Positions 24,694 to 37,205 of a stretch of 64,000 nucleotides of DNA are shown piece after piece. The position numbers and the translations under genes are program-made. The first letter of the stretch is position 1, and each line of letters begins with the position of its first letter. The DNA comes from Octopus bimaculoides (lineage: Eukaryota), in assembly GCF_001194135.2 (NCBI RefSeq), contig NC_068985.1:107106880-107170879 (forward strand). The letters run 5' to 3'. The notes under the pieces are model-generated. The model worked only from the letters and a program-made list of their open reading frames with translations, was not told the DNA's origin and made no database searches.

Positions 24694-27307
24694 AATATGA
24701 CGAATGAATGAGGGGTGAGGATTATTCATATTTTAATCGTAATGGAAAGAGAGAACTCGGTGTACAGAGTGATGAAGACGGAAGAAATAAAAGGACAGCG
24801 ACGAAGAGCGAAAGTGACAGAGAAAGTGAACTACAGTGAGGATATATATATATATATAAATTAATGTTTTAGATATTTAAGTCAACAACGGTTATTGATA
24901 CAATAATGGTTTCTAACGTACCTACAAATCCAGAAATACAAGGAGAGTGGAACAGACGATTATAAATAGGCCTGAACTAGACTGGTACTAATTTTATCGA
25001 AGACCGAGGAAAAGATGAAAATCGAAGTGTACTCTAGCGAAATCTGAACTTGAAATATAGAGAGATTTAACTAATAACAAGGCATTTATCAGGTGCTCTA
25101 ATATTAACAACAACAATAATTAAAAAAATCTTTTCTACTATAAGTACAAAACATGATAATTTGTGGGGAGGGGGGGGGCAGTCGGTTATATCAACTCCGG
25201 TGCTCAATTGGTACCTATTTTATCGATTCCCAAAGGATGAAAGGTAAAGTCGACCTCGACGGAATTTGAACTCAGAACGTAAAGGTAGACGATATCCCGC
25301 TCGGCATTTTGCCCGGCGTGTCAACGATTCTGCCTTAATAATAACAACAACAATAATAATTATGGTAAATTATGAGAAGTCGCAAAAAATCCGAGGTTGT
25401 TTTGTTTTTTGTGTTTTTTTCCGTAGTGAAACTCGTGCGGGTGTACTTGCCAAAATTTGCCATAATTATTATCAACTTCTGAATTAAGACTGGTATTTGT
25501 TTTACAAACTCAGAAAAATTACCATAAAGACCTCGAGCCCCAATGATAATGATACAGTACANNNNNNNNNNNNNNNNNNNNNNNNNNNNNNNNNNNNNNN
25601 NNNNNNNNNNNNNNNNNNNNNNNNNNNNNNNNNNNNNNNNNNNNNNNNNNNNNNNNNNNNNNNNNNNNNNNNNNNNNNNNNNNNNNNNNNNNNNNNNNNN
25701 NNNNNNNNNNNNNNNNNNNNNNNNNNNNNNNNNNNNNNNNNNNNNNNNNNNNNNNNNNNNNNNNNNNNNNNNNNNNNNNNNNNNTAAAACTTATAAGATT
25801 AAGCAAGTATATTTGTGTGAGTGTGTGTGTGCGTGTGCGTGTGTGCATCAGTCTGAGAGGTTTAGAACTACGATGCTAAATCGGTTATTTTGTATTTTAT
25901 TGCGGAAATTGGAGACTGATAGCAACCGAAACGCAGCTGAATAGATAACAGCCATCTAAAATCGTCCTGGTATTACAGATTCTGCAGTTGTGTTTTTTTT
26001 TTTTCCTGTTTTAATCACTAATCAGAAATATGAAGAGGAAACGGTGTCTTGCCCATTTGGGTGTATGTATTTTGTCACTGATAAGACTTCTGAATTCACA
26101 TAGTTAAAATACAAAAAATAAACAAACACTAACAGCTAACTCATCAACTAGGAGCGTGACATTTTTACCTAAATCATTACAAGTCAGGTAGTTATACAGA
26201 GGTGTGGTTATTCAATGAAAGAATTGCTTTCAATAGGCTTTGTTGTTTTAGCCCCAAGATGCTAATGGAGACCTAATAAATAACATTTAACAAAGCGTCC
26301 ATAAACGGCTGGCATCACCATCACTACAAAAACCACTATTACTATGACTTCTGTCACTGAAAATAAACAAATGCAATAGAAAAAGAAAGAAAAAAAAGGA
26401 CGACAAGATTTGTTTATCAATTGCAGAGGAAATGAAATGCTCCACCGCACATCTTTTTAGCTTGTACGTTCTGGATTCTTCCTTTTGCTCAACTTCTTGC
26501 GCATAGACTCTAACTAAACTAAAGGAGAAATACTTCGTTCATACGTCTTGTAAAACATGTGTTAGACACACATACATACATAGATAGAAGGAGAAAGAGA
26601 GAGAGACGTATATACATGACATCTTAGGATATATATATAACAGCGTTTTCACTTTCAGGAAAGTTCTCACCTTCCTTAGGGAGTTTCCATCAGTAATTTA
26701 TTTTCTTTGACTATTGCGGGGGTTTTCACAACCTTTTAAGCTTACAGAAAGTGAAAGATCAAGCATATGAATATTTTGCGTTTGATCGTGTAAATAGTCG
26801 CAAAATATTTCCTTTAAATGTGAAAATATCTCAACTTCTTTGGAATTAAATTTAGGGCATTAGCTAAATAATTAGAACATGAAATAAAAATTCATTGCTG
26901 TATTTGTTCCGAGTTCAAATTCTACTGGGGTCAATTTTATTGCCTTTCATCCTTCCGGGATTGATAAAGTACCCGTCATGTACTGGAGTCGATGACATCA
27001 ATTAACCCCGCCTCCAAATTTCTAGCCTTGTGTCTCTATGTTTGCAACATTATTTATATATTGGCATCGTTCCTTTGTAAAGCTGAAAATTAGTTTGCCA
27101 AAGTGAAAACTGTCATACTCCAATATCGCATATATATATATATATATGCATGCATACATACATATATATACACACACACATGCAATATGTGTTTTTGTGT
27201 CTGTACGAAAAAACAGGAATGTTCAATGCGTTGTTGATAGATGCGTAACATGTTTGTGTAAGTTTTTTTTATATTTTGAACATCAATAGTTACCACATGC
27301 ACATGTC

Positions 27308-27338
<31 letters not shown>

Positions 27339-27587
27339 CACACACACAAATATATACATTCAGTAACACAGAGAAGCATATCTAGAAGATAAACAGATTG
27401 AAACACACCCAGACACCACTCCATCATCCCTACCACGGGTCATTAATTAATAATAATTCACCCAATAGCCATTCACAGAGCTACAAGCAAATGATAACAG
27501 CAGAAAAGAATGACAAAGTCGAAAGAAAATCAGCAGAGAATATAAAGCGAGTGGTCGAATGTGTGTTCCTATGTTGTAGCAACTTAC

Positions 27588-27677
27588 AATGGCTTTCGTG
27601 TAACAGCTTATGGCAGCCTCGAATTTCTTCATGGCAAACAGCCGATTGCCTTGGTCTTTTAGTTCAACAGCCGTCAT
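27588..27677 (-). CDS. STUB1: STUB1/CHIP E3 ligase co-chaperone, coding exon 1 (start of TPR domain)
   Basis: ATG at 27677-27675; 90 nt encoding MTAVELKDQGNRLFAMKKFEAAISCYTKAI, matching CHIP TPR1 (LKEQGNRLF...Y..AI); phase-0 donor ATT|gtaagt; joins exon 2 in frame. Confidence 0.95.
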
Positions 27678-27809
27678 CTTTCAACTATTTACACAGAAGC
27701 AGGCGCAATTCTGTTCAAGTCGATAAAGGTGATTAATAAGACATAACGAACCAAAGAAATGTTGGTCGGAAAAAAACTTCACATTATTCCAACAATGTAT
27801 ATGGCCATG

Positions 27810-27870
27810 TTGGAGATATATATTTTGTTCTCCCGTTACTGGAGAGTGCATAATTCCACTTAACTTCCGG
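27810..27870 (-). promoter_or_regulatory. Candidate STUB1 core promoter motifs
   Basis: ETS/GABP-type CCGGAAGT (plus strand ACTTCCGG, 27863-27870) and a YY1-like GCCATGTT near 27810, about 130-190 nt upstream of the ATG in CpG-retaining sequence. Motif match only. Confidence 0.35.
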
Positions 27871-30417
27871 CATTCGACCGACACATGTTCATTACACTAT
27901 ATTCCACAACAGCAGACTTCGTTACTTAAGATAACATTATTCTACACAACATTGCAATACACTTCTTTCTACTATCCTACATTGCATTACACCACCCTGA
28001 TGCGCGACATTAACACTACACCGCATACAACATATCTAACATGAGAATCACTTCGTGTTTATTCAGCCTGCAAATAATAGCAGCTAAATATTCTTTGAAT
28101 TACACTCTGCTTTCTTAAAGGTATATGTGCACTGGATAGTTTTGTCCAAGATTCACTATACCTGAAAATGTCGGATGGTCATGGCCGGAATCCTTTTGAT
28201 CATGAGCATGCTTGTATGAACGAAGCCTTTACATTTTCGTTCGATCTGCTAAGGATGCCTGCCAAATCTTCCGGAAATCACACCCTACAATCGTAAAATG
28301 GAAGTTTACGTTGGATTCTTTAGAGCTTTGCCTGAGAAAATGATGGAATGGTCATGACTGGAACGTCCTTCATCGTAGGTCAGCCCTGACTGAGCTAATC
28401 GTTGCTAAACAACAAGGGAACTTCTAGTTGTCTGTTTGTCTTGCTAGAAATAGCACATAAATCCCATTATACAGTCTTTTTGAAAAAGCCGGGCAAATTA
28501 GATAATTTATCTTAGATAAACGATGCTTCAAAAAGAAAAAAAAAGACGGTGGAATCATGGATTGGATCGTCTTTGTTGGCCGATCGACCTGCTAAAAAAT
28601 AAAAATTAAATTTCAAACTATACCCTACTATCTTAAAAAGTGCTGATCAGTAGCTTAACGACCGCAACGCTATTACATTCTACATCCCTCAAAACGTTAT
28701 ATTACTTGAGTTACTCAACCTGCTAGAAATAGCAGCCATGTTTCCAACATAGTTTTGGAAAAGGACGCGTTTGAAAATGTTCTGGATTCTCAGCACATAG
28801 GAAAAAAACGAGATGGTCATGGCTGGAATGCCTTCGATCATAGGTCTGCTGCTTTTGCGGCTGAATAACAATGCCTTTAATTATAAGTCAACTCAACCAA
28901 GTCAGGTTTGAGGCTAAACTACAACGTACGATTCAGTGTGTAATCGACCCATGGTGGAAGGCACAACAACTGTCCACCTTGGACTACGTTCCTCCAGAAC
29001 ATACAGGAACAAGCTGAAACAGTGAAAGAAACACTGTCTTAACTTGTACTTGTATGCCTAGACTATCACACTGCCCTTTGCATATGTTAAATGACTGCAT
29101 GTATTAATGTGGAGTGTAATCCTCAGGTAGGCAGAGATATGACTCTATCTGAAGTGGTTCAAATCTTGATCATCCATCTACAGGAGTCAAGCCAAATAGG
29201 AAGCTTCTGCCTTGTTGCTTTATATACCAGAAATACCTGTCAAATCTTCTTGATCTGCTCAAGTAAGGCTGAGATGAAGTTAAGCAACAATGTGCTACAA
29301 ACTAATAAATATGCTGTCACTTGACCTGCTAGAAATAACAGCCAAGAAAAATGGGGATCTGGTGCAGTTAACAGTTTTTGTGTGTTTTTAAATGGCTAAC
29401 ATGTGGCTTCTGCACTGCAATACAGATGATTAAAAGTAAAATTGTTTACTTGACCATGAGGGCAGATCTCTTGTAAAAAGTAAACCATTTGGGATCTCCT
29501 AAAACAGATTGGGTTGTTCATTTAAATTCAAATCTTCAGAAGAAAAATTATTACTTGCTAGCCAAAGAATTTGCAAGAAAAATGCATGCAAAATATTCTA
29601 TTAAGTGTGCAAAACTGCATCAAAATGCCTTTCTTACAAAATTAAAGAACATTTCAAATTTAATGATCTCTTTATGTCTGTCAAAAGTAAACAATCATTG
29701 CCAAGGGATCTTTTTTATAATAGGGTTAATACATCTGTCTTTGTAAAATGTTCCCTACAATTTAATAAGTTTTCACAAGGTGCTTAATAAATGAATGGAA
29801 TCGAACCAGTGTGTGCATGTTAATTATATTGGCATAATGATTTTCCTTTTAACAAAATGTTTTATATCTAATTATGTATCAAGAGTAGTGGATTAGCAGA
29901 ATCATTAGAATGTCAAATAAAACAGCATGCAGTATTTATCTGTGATCATTATATTCAGAGTTCAGTCCTACTGAAATCAACTTTGCAATTTTTATGTTTC
30001 TGGGTTCAATGAAATAAAATACCAAAAAGGTTATGATATTGATTTAACTGAGTACACCCCCTCACCAAGTTTGTGGTCTTATTCCAGCGTTAGAAAACAA
30101 TAATATATTTTTTTCTATTATAGGTGCTAAGCCTGAAATTTGCAAGGAGGGTTCTAGTCCAATTACAATCCCAGTGCTTGACTGGTATTTAATGGACCTT
30201 GAGAGGATGAAAGACAAAGTCAACCTCGGCAGAATTTGACTCAGACTGTGAAGTGGAAGAATTGCCTCAAAGCATTTTGTCCTGAATACTAATGATTTGC
30301 CACCTTAAAAATTTGAAGTTACCTATGGCAGGATTTGAACACAGAATGCAAGGGACCAGAAGTTCCTACAATGCAAAGTATTGTAGTCCAATACTTTAGC
30401 AAATCTGCCAGCTCATT

Positions 30418-31096
30418 ACAATTTTTTGTAGACAATATCAAACACCAGCATCTACAAATTCCTGCTTTAATGAATTTGAAGTGTAAAATCGTTGGCAGAG
30501 CAAGAGTAAGAGAGATGTTATAAAACAATGTGATATTGGTTGATTACAAGTCTACTCATTCAGAGATGATTTGAAGATTAAACAACATCTGGCAGTAGAA
30601 AAAAAACTTCATATTTTGCAGAACAATATCCACAAAATATCTTACTGATGTTGAATCAAGCAATCAACTGTCTACTTCAAATAGCACATAAGGGATTCAT
30701 CCACCTCTGAGGGTTCCTCAAAGTTGTTTAACCTGCTAAAAATAACAGACAAAAATACCTCAAAACACATTCTTACATTCTACTGTCTTGAAAACAGTTG
30801 GGGTGCATTGTATAACGTGATCTTAGAAACACTGAATCTAAAAAACAAATTAAGGTGAGATAGTCCTAAATGGAATACATTTTGGTTATATATCTGCTTG
30901 ATCAAACTAAACTGGTGCTAAACAACAACAATAATCTGTCAATTATCACTAATATTTGAAGGTTGTTCCAGTCACCGATATCACATTGTTTTATAATATC
31001 TCTCTTATTCTTGCTCTGCCAACGATTTTGCTCTTCAAATTCATTAAAGCTGAAATTTGTAGATGCTGGTGTTTGATATTGTCAACAAAAAATTGT
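30418..31096. repeat. Element with ~120-bp terminal inverted repeats
   Basis: 30418-30540 and 30974-31096 are highly similar reverse complements (ACAATTTTTTGT.GACAATATCAAACACCAGCATCTACAAAT...AAAACAATGTGATAT). No clear TSD. Confidence 0.8.
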
Positions 31097-32089
31097 CATG
31101 TCATATGACCTAATCAACAGTCCGACTACATGCACCCTCTATGTAATGCTCTTTCCAAAAAAATATTTTCCTCTCAATTGTCTGTAACAACTATAATAAC
31201 TATTTAACAGATGCAAATGATTCCAAACTCTCTATCTTAATTAAATGCAATTCAACTGGAAACAATCTCATTCCATACAAAATACATGGAAAATACATCC
31301 TGTGAATGCTTTTTTTTTTATTATCTAAGCTCATGTTAAGCTCACTCTAAACAAAGCAGAGTTAACTCCCTTGAAAAAAAAATTCCTTTTGATACTGAAA
31401 ATAAAGTGTTCTCTGGAATTTCCATTTTGCAAATATTCTTTCAACAATGTGCTTTGATTATTGGTTCATAGATATCTTGTTTTCTTTTGTACATCTCTTC
31501 CAGCACCTCTACCACAGATTCTGATCCACTAAACAAGCTAGCTGTTCAGAGAAGCAAAACCTAATTATATTTGATATACACAGCTCTCTCCCTCTTTCTC
31601 TCCTTCTTTCTCTCTCCCTCCTACAGTGCAAATAGTAAAGCAGGTGTACAAAGACATAGTATCATAGTTGTGTAGTGTGAGTTATGAAACAGTGCATGAC
31701 AATACAGTGATGTACTGTGAATAGTGAAATAAGTACTTGACTTTTGTACTTTGACTGACTGGTATATATCCATTTAGTTTAGTACTTGACTAGCACATAT
31801 CTAATCGACCTTAGAAGGATAAAATGTAAAGTTTGAACTCAATACATTCTCTCTCTCTCTCTCTCTCTCTCTTTCCCCATTCATAATTGTCAGTGCCAAC
31901 TTCACTGCTGGTGTCCCTCCCACCACCACTACCATAACTACCATATGTCTATTACTAACCCATGCCAACGTGGAAAATGGACGTTAACAGATGATAAGTT
32001 GCTTCCCAAGGTGTTACACAAAGCATAGATAGGAACATACTACTGTATTAAAATGAACATATAAATATATGTATGTGAGAGAGAGAGAG

Positions 32090-32130
<41 letters not shown>

Positions 32131-32810
32131 CTTAATGTACACTCAAGGAATAAATATCTCACCAATGAACTAGGATTGCATTACTTACGTTCATGTGTAT
32201 CTATCTATTATATAAATCCTGGCATGTATTCTATGTCCTACATTGTTAGATTCCCCCCAATAGAACACTGAAAATATTCTTTAATACCTTTTTTGAAGAC
32301 AGTTATTATTTCTTAGTAATATATAAAGTGATTGCTTTGCTATTTTTTCTCTGTTCCTGACTGGTTTATACATCAAACACTCATGGTGTTAATAAGTGCT
32401 ATATATTATGTTATTGTGTGGCTAAATAAATGATTGTCTTCAGGACAGCAGCAGCTGGAGAAGAGAATAGCTACCAAAATATCTAGAGATATCATATGAA
32501 GTAACTTGAAGAACAGATTCTAATATTTTCTTTATATAGTATATGTTAAGTCCATTCTTCCAATTTGTTTTATTCACATAAAACATAAAATCATAACACT
32601 GAATGCTTGTTAGTTGTGCATTTGAAGTGATTAAATTTCTCAAGTAAATTAAGTTTATACTAAGTTCATATGCATTTATCTCGTACACTGACATGAACAG
32701 ACAGACAGATAGATAGATAAAGAGACAGAAATGGTGGGAGAGAAAGTGACATGTATATATATACACAAATACATACGTATGTATATGAAATTATTACATT
32801 TTTTTAAAAA

Positions 32811-33569
32811 TTATTTATTTACTTCTTTTCTTCTTGGTAGTGCATAAGATTTTTCAGCTTTCGAATCTTTAATGTTACAAATAACATTGTAACATTTAGA
32901 GGTACAATTAACAAGACATTGAGGCGCACAGCTTCGGTAAAATGACCTGATGTAAACAGGACATCCAGTGACACAGAGTGATGTGACCATGAATAAAAGG
33001 CTCAACACTGTCACTACAGAAAACATCATTATTACTGTGCTCCAAAAGTTGGTTTCCTTAGTTTTAGGCTTTGTATCATAATGTGGCATTTGCTCTCCCT
33101 TCTGTTCACTCACCCCTTCCCCAGTAACAATTTTCACAAAAATTGGCGTTGGGTTTATTAGCTTCCTGAAAGGATCGTTAATGTAATTTTTCTTAATGTC
33201 CTCTGCCTTCTTGTGGAATATCATTTGAGAGAGTTTGTCTGCTAGATCTTTCCTACCAATTTGATGCAGTCGACGTGAGAGGTCATGGAAGGTCTTGTGC
33301 CTTCCCTTATTCTGATCATAATTGAGTAACAGGATTAAACATGGAACTGGAGGTTTAGTTTTTTTGACTTTTGTTCTATTAAAGTTCTTTGGTAATTCCC
33401 ATGTGTTTATTCGTAGTGCTCTCACTAACATTGCACACTCTCTAATGCTCAGGTGGTCAGAAATGAACTGAAGTTCATGAATATTCATGTCAATAATGCC
33501 ATCACCTTGTTTTATAATGTGATAAAATAGTGCCAGCCAAATTAGTGTGGATATTACTTTCAAGTTCAT
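32811..33569 (-). CDS. TMDD1: Single-pass membrane protein with signal peptide and death-fold-like ectodomain (TMDD1/C12orf81-like)
   Basis: Uninterrupted 252-aa ORF in stop-rich DNA. Hydrophobic N-terminus (aa ~1-24), helical domain aa ~25-125 with ELQFISDHL..EC..LV.AL, CL.LL..Y and L..RL.QIGR.DLA..L, TM aa ~175-200, then Cys-rich tail. Coding status is strong; the family name is recalled from architecture and motif, not from a search. Confidence 0.7.
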   Translation of the reverse strand: MNLKVISTLIWLALFYHIIKQGDGIIDMNIHELQFISDHLSIRECAMLVRALRINTWELPKNFNRTKVKKTKPPVPCLILLLNYDQNKGRHKTFHDLSRRLHQIGRKDLADKLSQMIFHKKAEDIKKNYINDPFRKLINPTPIFVKIVTGEGVSEQKGEQMPHYDTKPKTKETNFWSTVIMMFSVVTVLSLLFMVTSLCVTGCPVYIRSFYRSCAPQCLVNCTSKCYNVICNIKDSKAEKSYALPRRKEVNK

Positions 33570-33773
33570 AACTGCTGATATTGGCTCTTTCTTATTAATT
33601 GCTCTTACAATTCCAGGTAAATTCGTTCAATTTTCCTCTTGTTGCTCTCAAGTTCCTTGACCACAACTTTTGTACTTTGTTCTTGTTCAGTTCCAGCAAC
33701 TTCTACCTGGTTTCCTGATAGTTTTATTTTTATCTTTCAGCTGTTTCCTTCTAAAATTTGACTAAAGTTTGAC

Positions 33774-33927
33774 TTCCTTCTTTCACAGGTTAATAAAATA
33801 AATACTTGTGAAGTACTAGAGTCAATTTAACAGATTACATTCCCTTCCATTAAATAACTGTTTCTTACTTTCATCCTTGAGCTCTCAACTCCTGATCAAT
33901 TATTTTATTAACCTGTGAAGGAAGGAA
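33774..33927. repeat. 28-bp inverted repeat upstream of the TMDD1-like ORF
   Basis: 33774-33801 and 33900-33927 are 27/28 complementary. Confidence 0.75.
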
Positions 33928-34536
33928 GGTAAATTTTATTCCAAAAGCTGGATCCAAAACATAAAGAGATGTAATTAAATACCACAAACCTTTTGCAACC
34001 GCATCTCCTGGGCATATTTGAAACCTGACACTGCCCATACCTCTACAAATCTAGATGCAGCTAATTTTGTTTGCAGAGGGTAAGAGTGGAAAAGTGAGGA
34101 AAAGAGCTGAACTGATACTTCATTTATTGACCCAGAAAGGATCAAAAGTATAGTTGACTTCAGTGGGATCTGAGCAGAGAGCTGGAAAGCTTCTTGTCTG
34201 AGACTCTAAAAACCCTCTCAACTCATCATCTTCTGAATTACCATTATGTCAGATAAAATATTAAATCAGGTTATTTGAAACAGTTAAGATCCCTCATTTA
34301 CAAATTTTTTTCGACCATTGGAAGTCAAATTTTTAAGACCAAGGTTTACAGTCAACTTATACACCGAGATGAGTTTGGAGGACCAAAAATTCAAGATTTG
34401 GAAAGATGATGCTAGATGATAAAGATCCAAAATCCATGATAATATATAAATAAGGATAAGATCGTTTTTTAAAATACCGATCATATCATGTGGCTAGCAT
34501 AGGAATAAAAGCATTATAGGTGATAATTATTATTAA

Positions 34537-34673
34537 AATTATAATTAAGGGTATCTAAAAGATACCATCATGCTAGAGATAGCACTCAAAACTTGACTCT
34601 AGTGGTTTTAAAGTCAAGTTTTGACTGCTATCTCTAGCATGATGGTATCTTTTAGATACCCTTAATTATAATT
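34537..34673. repeat. Near-perfect 137-bp foldback at the end of a dispersed repeat
   Basis: Arms of ~60 bp (AATTATAATTAAGGGTATCTAAAAGATACCATCATGCTAGAGATAGCA.TCAAAACTTGACT) around a ~12-nt loop. Confidence 0.9.
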
Positions 34674-34699
34674 ATATATATGTATATATACAATGGGCT

Positions 34700-34855
34700 T
34701 CTTTCAGTTTCCGCCTACCAAATCCACTCACAAGGCTTTGGTCGGCTCGAGGCTATAGTAGAAGACACTTGCCCAAGGTGCCACACAGTGGGAATGAACC
34801 CAGAACCATGTGGTTGGTAAGCAAGCTACTTACCACACTGCCACTCATGCACCTA
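34700..34855 (-). mobile_element. tRNA-derived SINE family B with CORE-like GCACCTTGGGCAAGTGTCTT segment (representative copy)
   Basis: Other copies at ~11839-11995(+), 12041-12157(-), 12455-12610(-), 40190-40335(-), 42012-42165(-), 53770-53925(-), 56160-56320(+), 58735-58900(+), 63289-63408(+). Confidence 0.85.
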
Positions 34856-36019
34856 CACACATGCATAAATACAAATGCACACACACACATAAATATATGA
34901 TTACATATATCCATATATATATACATACATATATATGATAGGTGATTAACGTATGTGAACAATATATACTACAGCAACAATGTCTGGTGATGCCTGTGAG
35001 GGTGCTGGCTTGCTTCAGTAGGTTCTGTTGAAGCTTGTGGTATGTGACCAATTGAAGCACTTGGTGTTGCATTGATGTTTTTCTCTTTCTCCCCCCCCCC
35101 CACTTTTTTGTTTTTCTTTTGTAAAATATATTCCTTTTCATGTTTTGAATAAAAAGATTACATATGCAAAAAAAAAAAAAAAAAATTCAATTGCCAACAA
35201 CAATAACATCAACAGCTTAGGCCAATGATAGAGATTCTACACGATTACTCAACCAAATAGAAACAGCAGCTAAATCTCGCTCAGATCAAATCTTACTGTT
35301 TTAAAAGATGACACATTGTAGTGTAATCTTGGTCATTCTATATCTGAAGAAAGTTAGGGTGGTGACTGTTAGAGCCTTCGTTAAAGATCTACAAGATGAG
35401 GACTAACTTGGCAAATAGTAACAACTGTTAAAGAATATTCTTTTCTACTCTAGACACAAGGCCCAAAATTTTGGGGGAGGGGGCTAGTCAATTAGATCGA
35501 CCCCAGTATGCAACTGGTACTTAATTTATCAACCCTGAAAGGATGAAAGGCAAAGTCAACCTCAGCGGAATTTGAACTCAGAACATAAAGGCGGATGAAA
35601 TACCGCTAAGCATTTCACTTGGCGTGCTAACGTTTCTGCCAGCTCACTGCCTTAGTAACAAAGAATATTAACAGTAACAACATCTGAAAAAAAAAAAAAA
35701 AACTCCACCTATAACTACAGTACAGCAGTAAATGTTTACAACAAAAACCATTTCGCAAAAAAAAAAAAAAAATCCTCAACAATAAAGATATTATCTACCC
35801 GAATAATATCAACAATGTCCACTACCATGTCTATAAATACGACAATAAATGGAATACATGAACAATTTAGCCATCAGAAATTAAGTTTACCTGGAACAAC
35901 AAAATCTGCAACATCAAAAGAAGTACAGTAGAAGCAACACACATACACAAAATTATAAATGTATTTATATAAATAAATATTTATGCCATATTATAGATGT
36001 GTGAAAATGTAATCTGTAT

Positions 36020-36090
<71 letters not shown>

Positions 36091-37024
36091 CATACATATG
36101 TGTGTGTATATATATATATATGATATATTTACTTCGTTTTTGTATCTAGTTTCAAGATTCTTTATACGGTATAGTTTGTTTTGAAGGTTGACTTAAATAA
36201 CAGTTGAAATCACTAACAACAAATGGAAGTCCAGAAATTCAAACTTTACCAGAGATTAAATGTTGATGACATCACATATTCAACCAATCCAATCTCTTGT
36301 CTTCACCTCTTCCTTCTCCTTCCCTCATCCTCCTTCTCTCCTCACCTCTCTCTATTGTAATTCTTTGGAAATGTTACTGATTGGATAGCTTACATTTAAT
36401 AAGTACATGACCAAGTACTAAGAATTTTTTTGTTTGTTCTGTGATGGAGTGCATTGTAGTTACATGTGGACTGATAAAAGAATATATTGCTGGGTTTCGT
36501 ATTCTATTTTATTTTATCATCATGTATTCATTTGTTTGTGTATCCAGAGAGTTAAATCTGGCACGAACTGAATTCAGAATACCAAAATTACAAAACAAGA
36601 TGCATTGAACGATTCACTCTCTCTTTCCCCCATCTCTATGTGCAGGTGTATGTGTGCCTCTTTGTGTGTGAGCTTATGTTTTAATATTTTGTTTATGCAG
36701 AGCAATATTAATGACCTGGTGTTAGAACAATATACATAAGCTTCAGAAAAAGTATTAGTCATTACATAATTCTTTGTTTTCTTGTTGTTTATATAATTAC
36801 TTTTATATATAGGCGCAAGCATGGCTGTGTGGTAAGTCTACACCTATTATAAGTCTACATCTCTGTCTACTGGGATTGGTTGAGAGATGTACACACTCCT
36901 GATAAGAAACCAATAAGTTTCAAAATTCGATTAAGGCTGTTCATTATTTTTCCAATTTATGAAGAAATACTTAAATTAGCCCATTTTATACATCTACTGC
37001 ACAGATGACATATATATGAATATA

Positions 37025-37205
37025 TGTTACACACCCTCCATTATAGGTCTATGTACCTATCTATTCCACACCTCCAATACAGGTGTGTTTATCTCTCTAT
37101 TACAGATCCTCCATTATAGGTCTACATACCTATCTAATACACACCCTCCATTATAGGTCTATATATCTATTACACACCTCCAGTATAGGTCTAGATATTT
37201 ATCTT
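37025..37205. repeat. ~30-34-bp minisatellite
   Basis: Recurring TATTACACAC(C)CTCCATTATAGGTCTA units, ~5-6 copies. Confidence 0.75.

Noticed and set aside
26262-26510. Exon-like minus-strand segments (VYAQEVEQKEESRTYKLKR...; DRSHSNSGFCSDGDASRLWTLC*)
   Set aside because: No convincing donor, start or homology, so not called as a gene; mentioned only under the CpG-domain finding.
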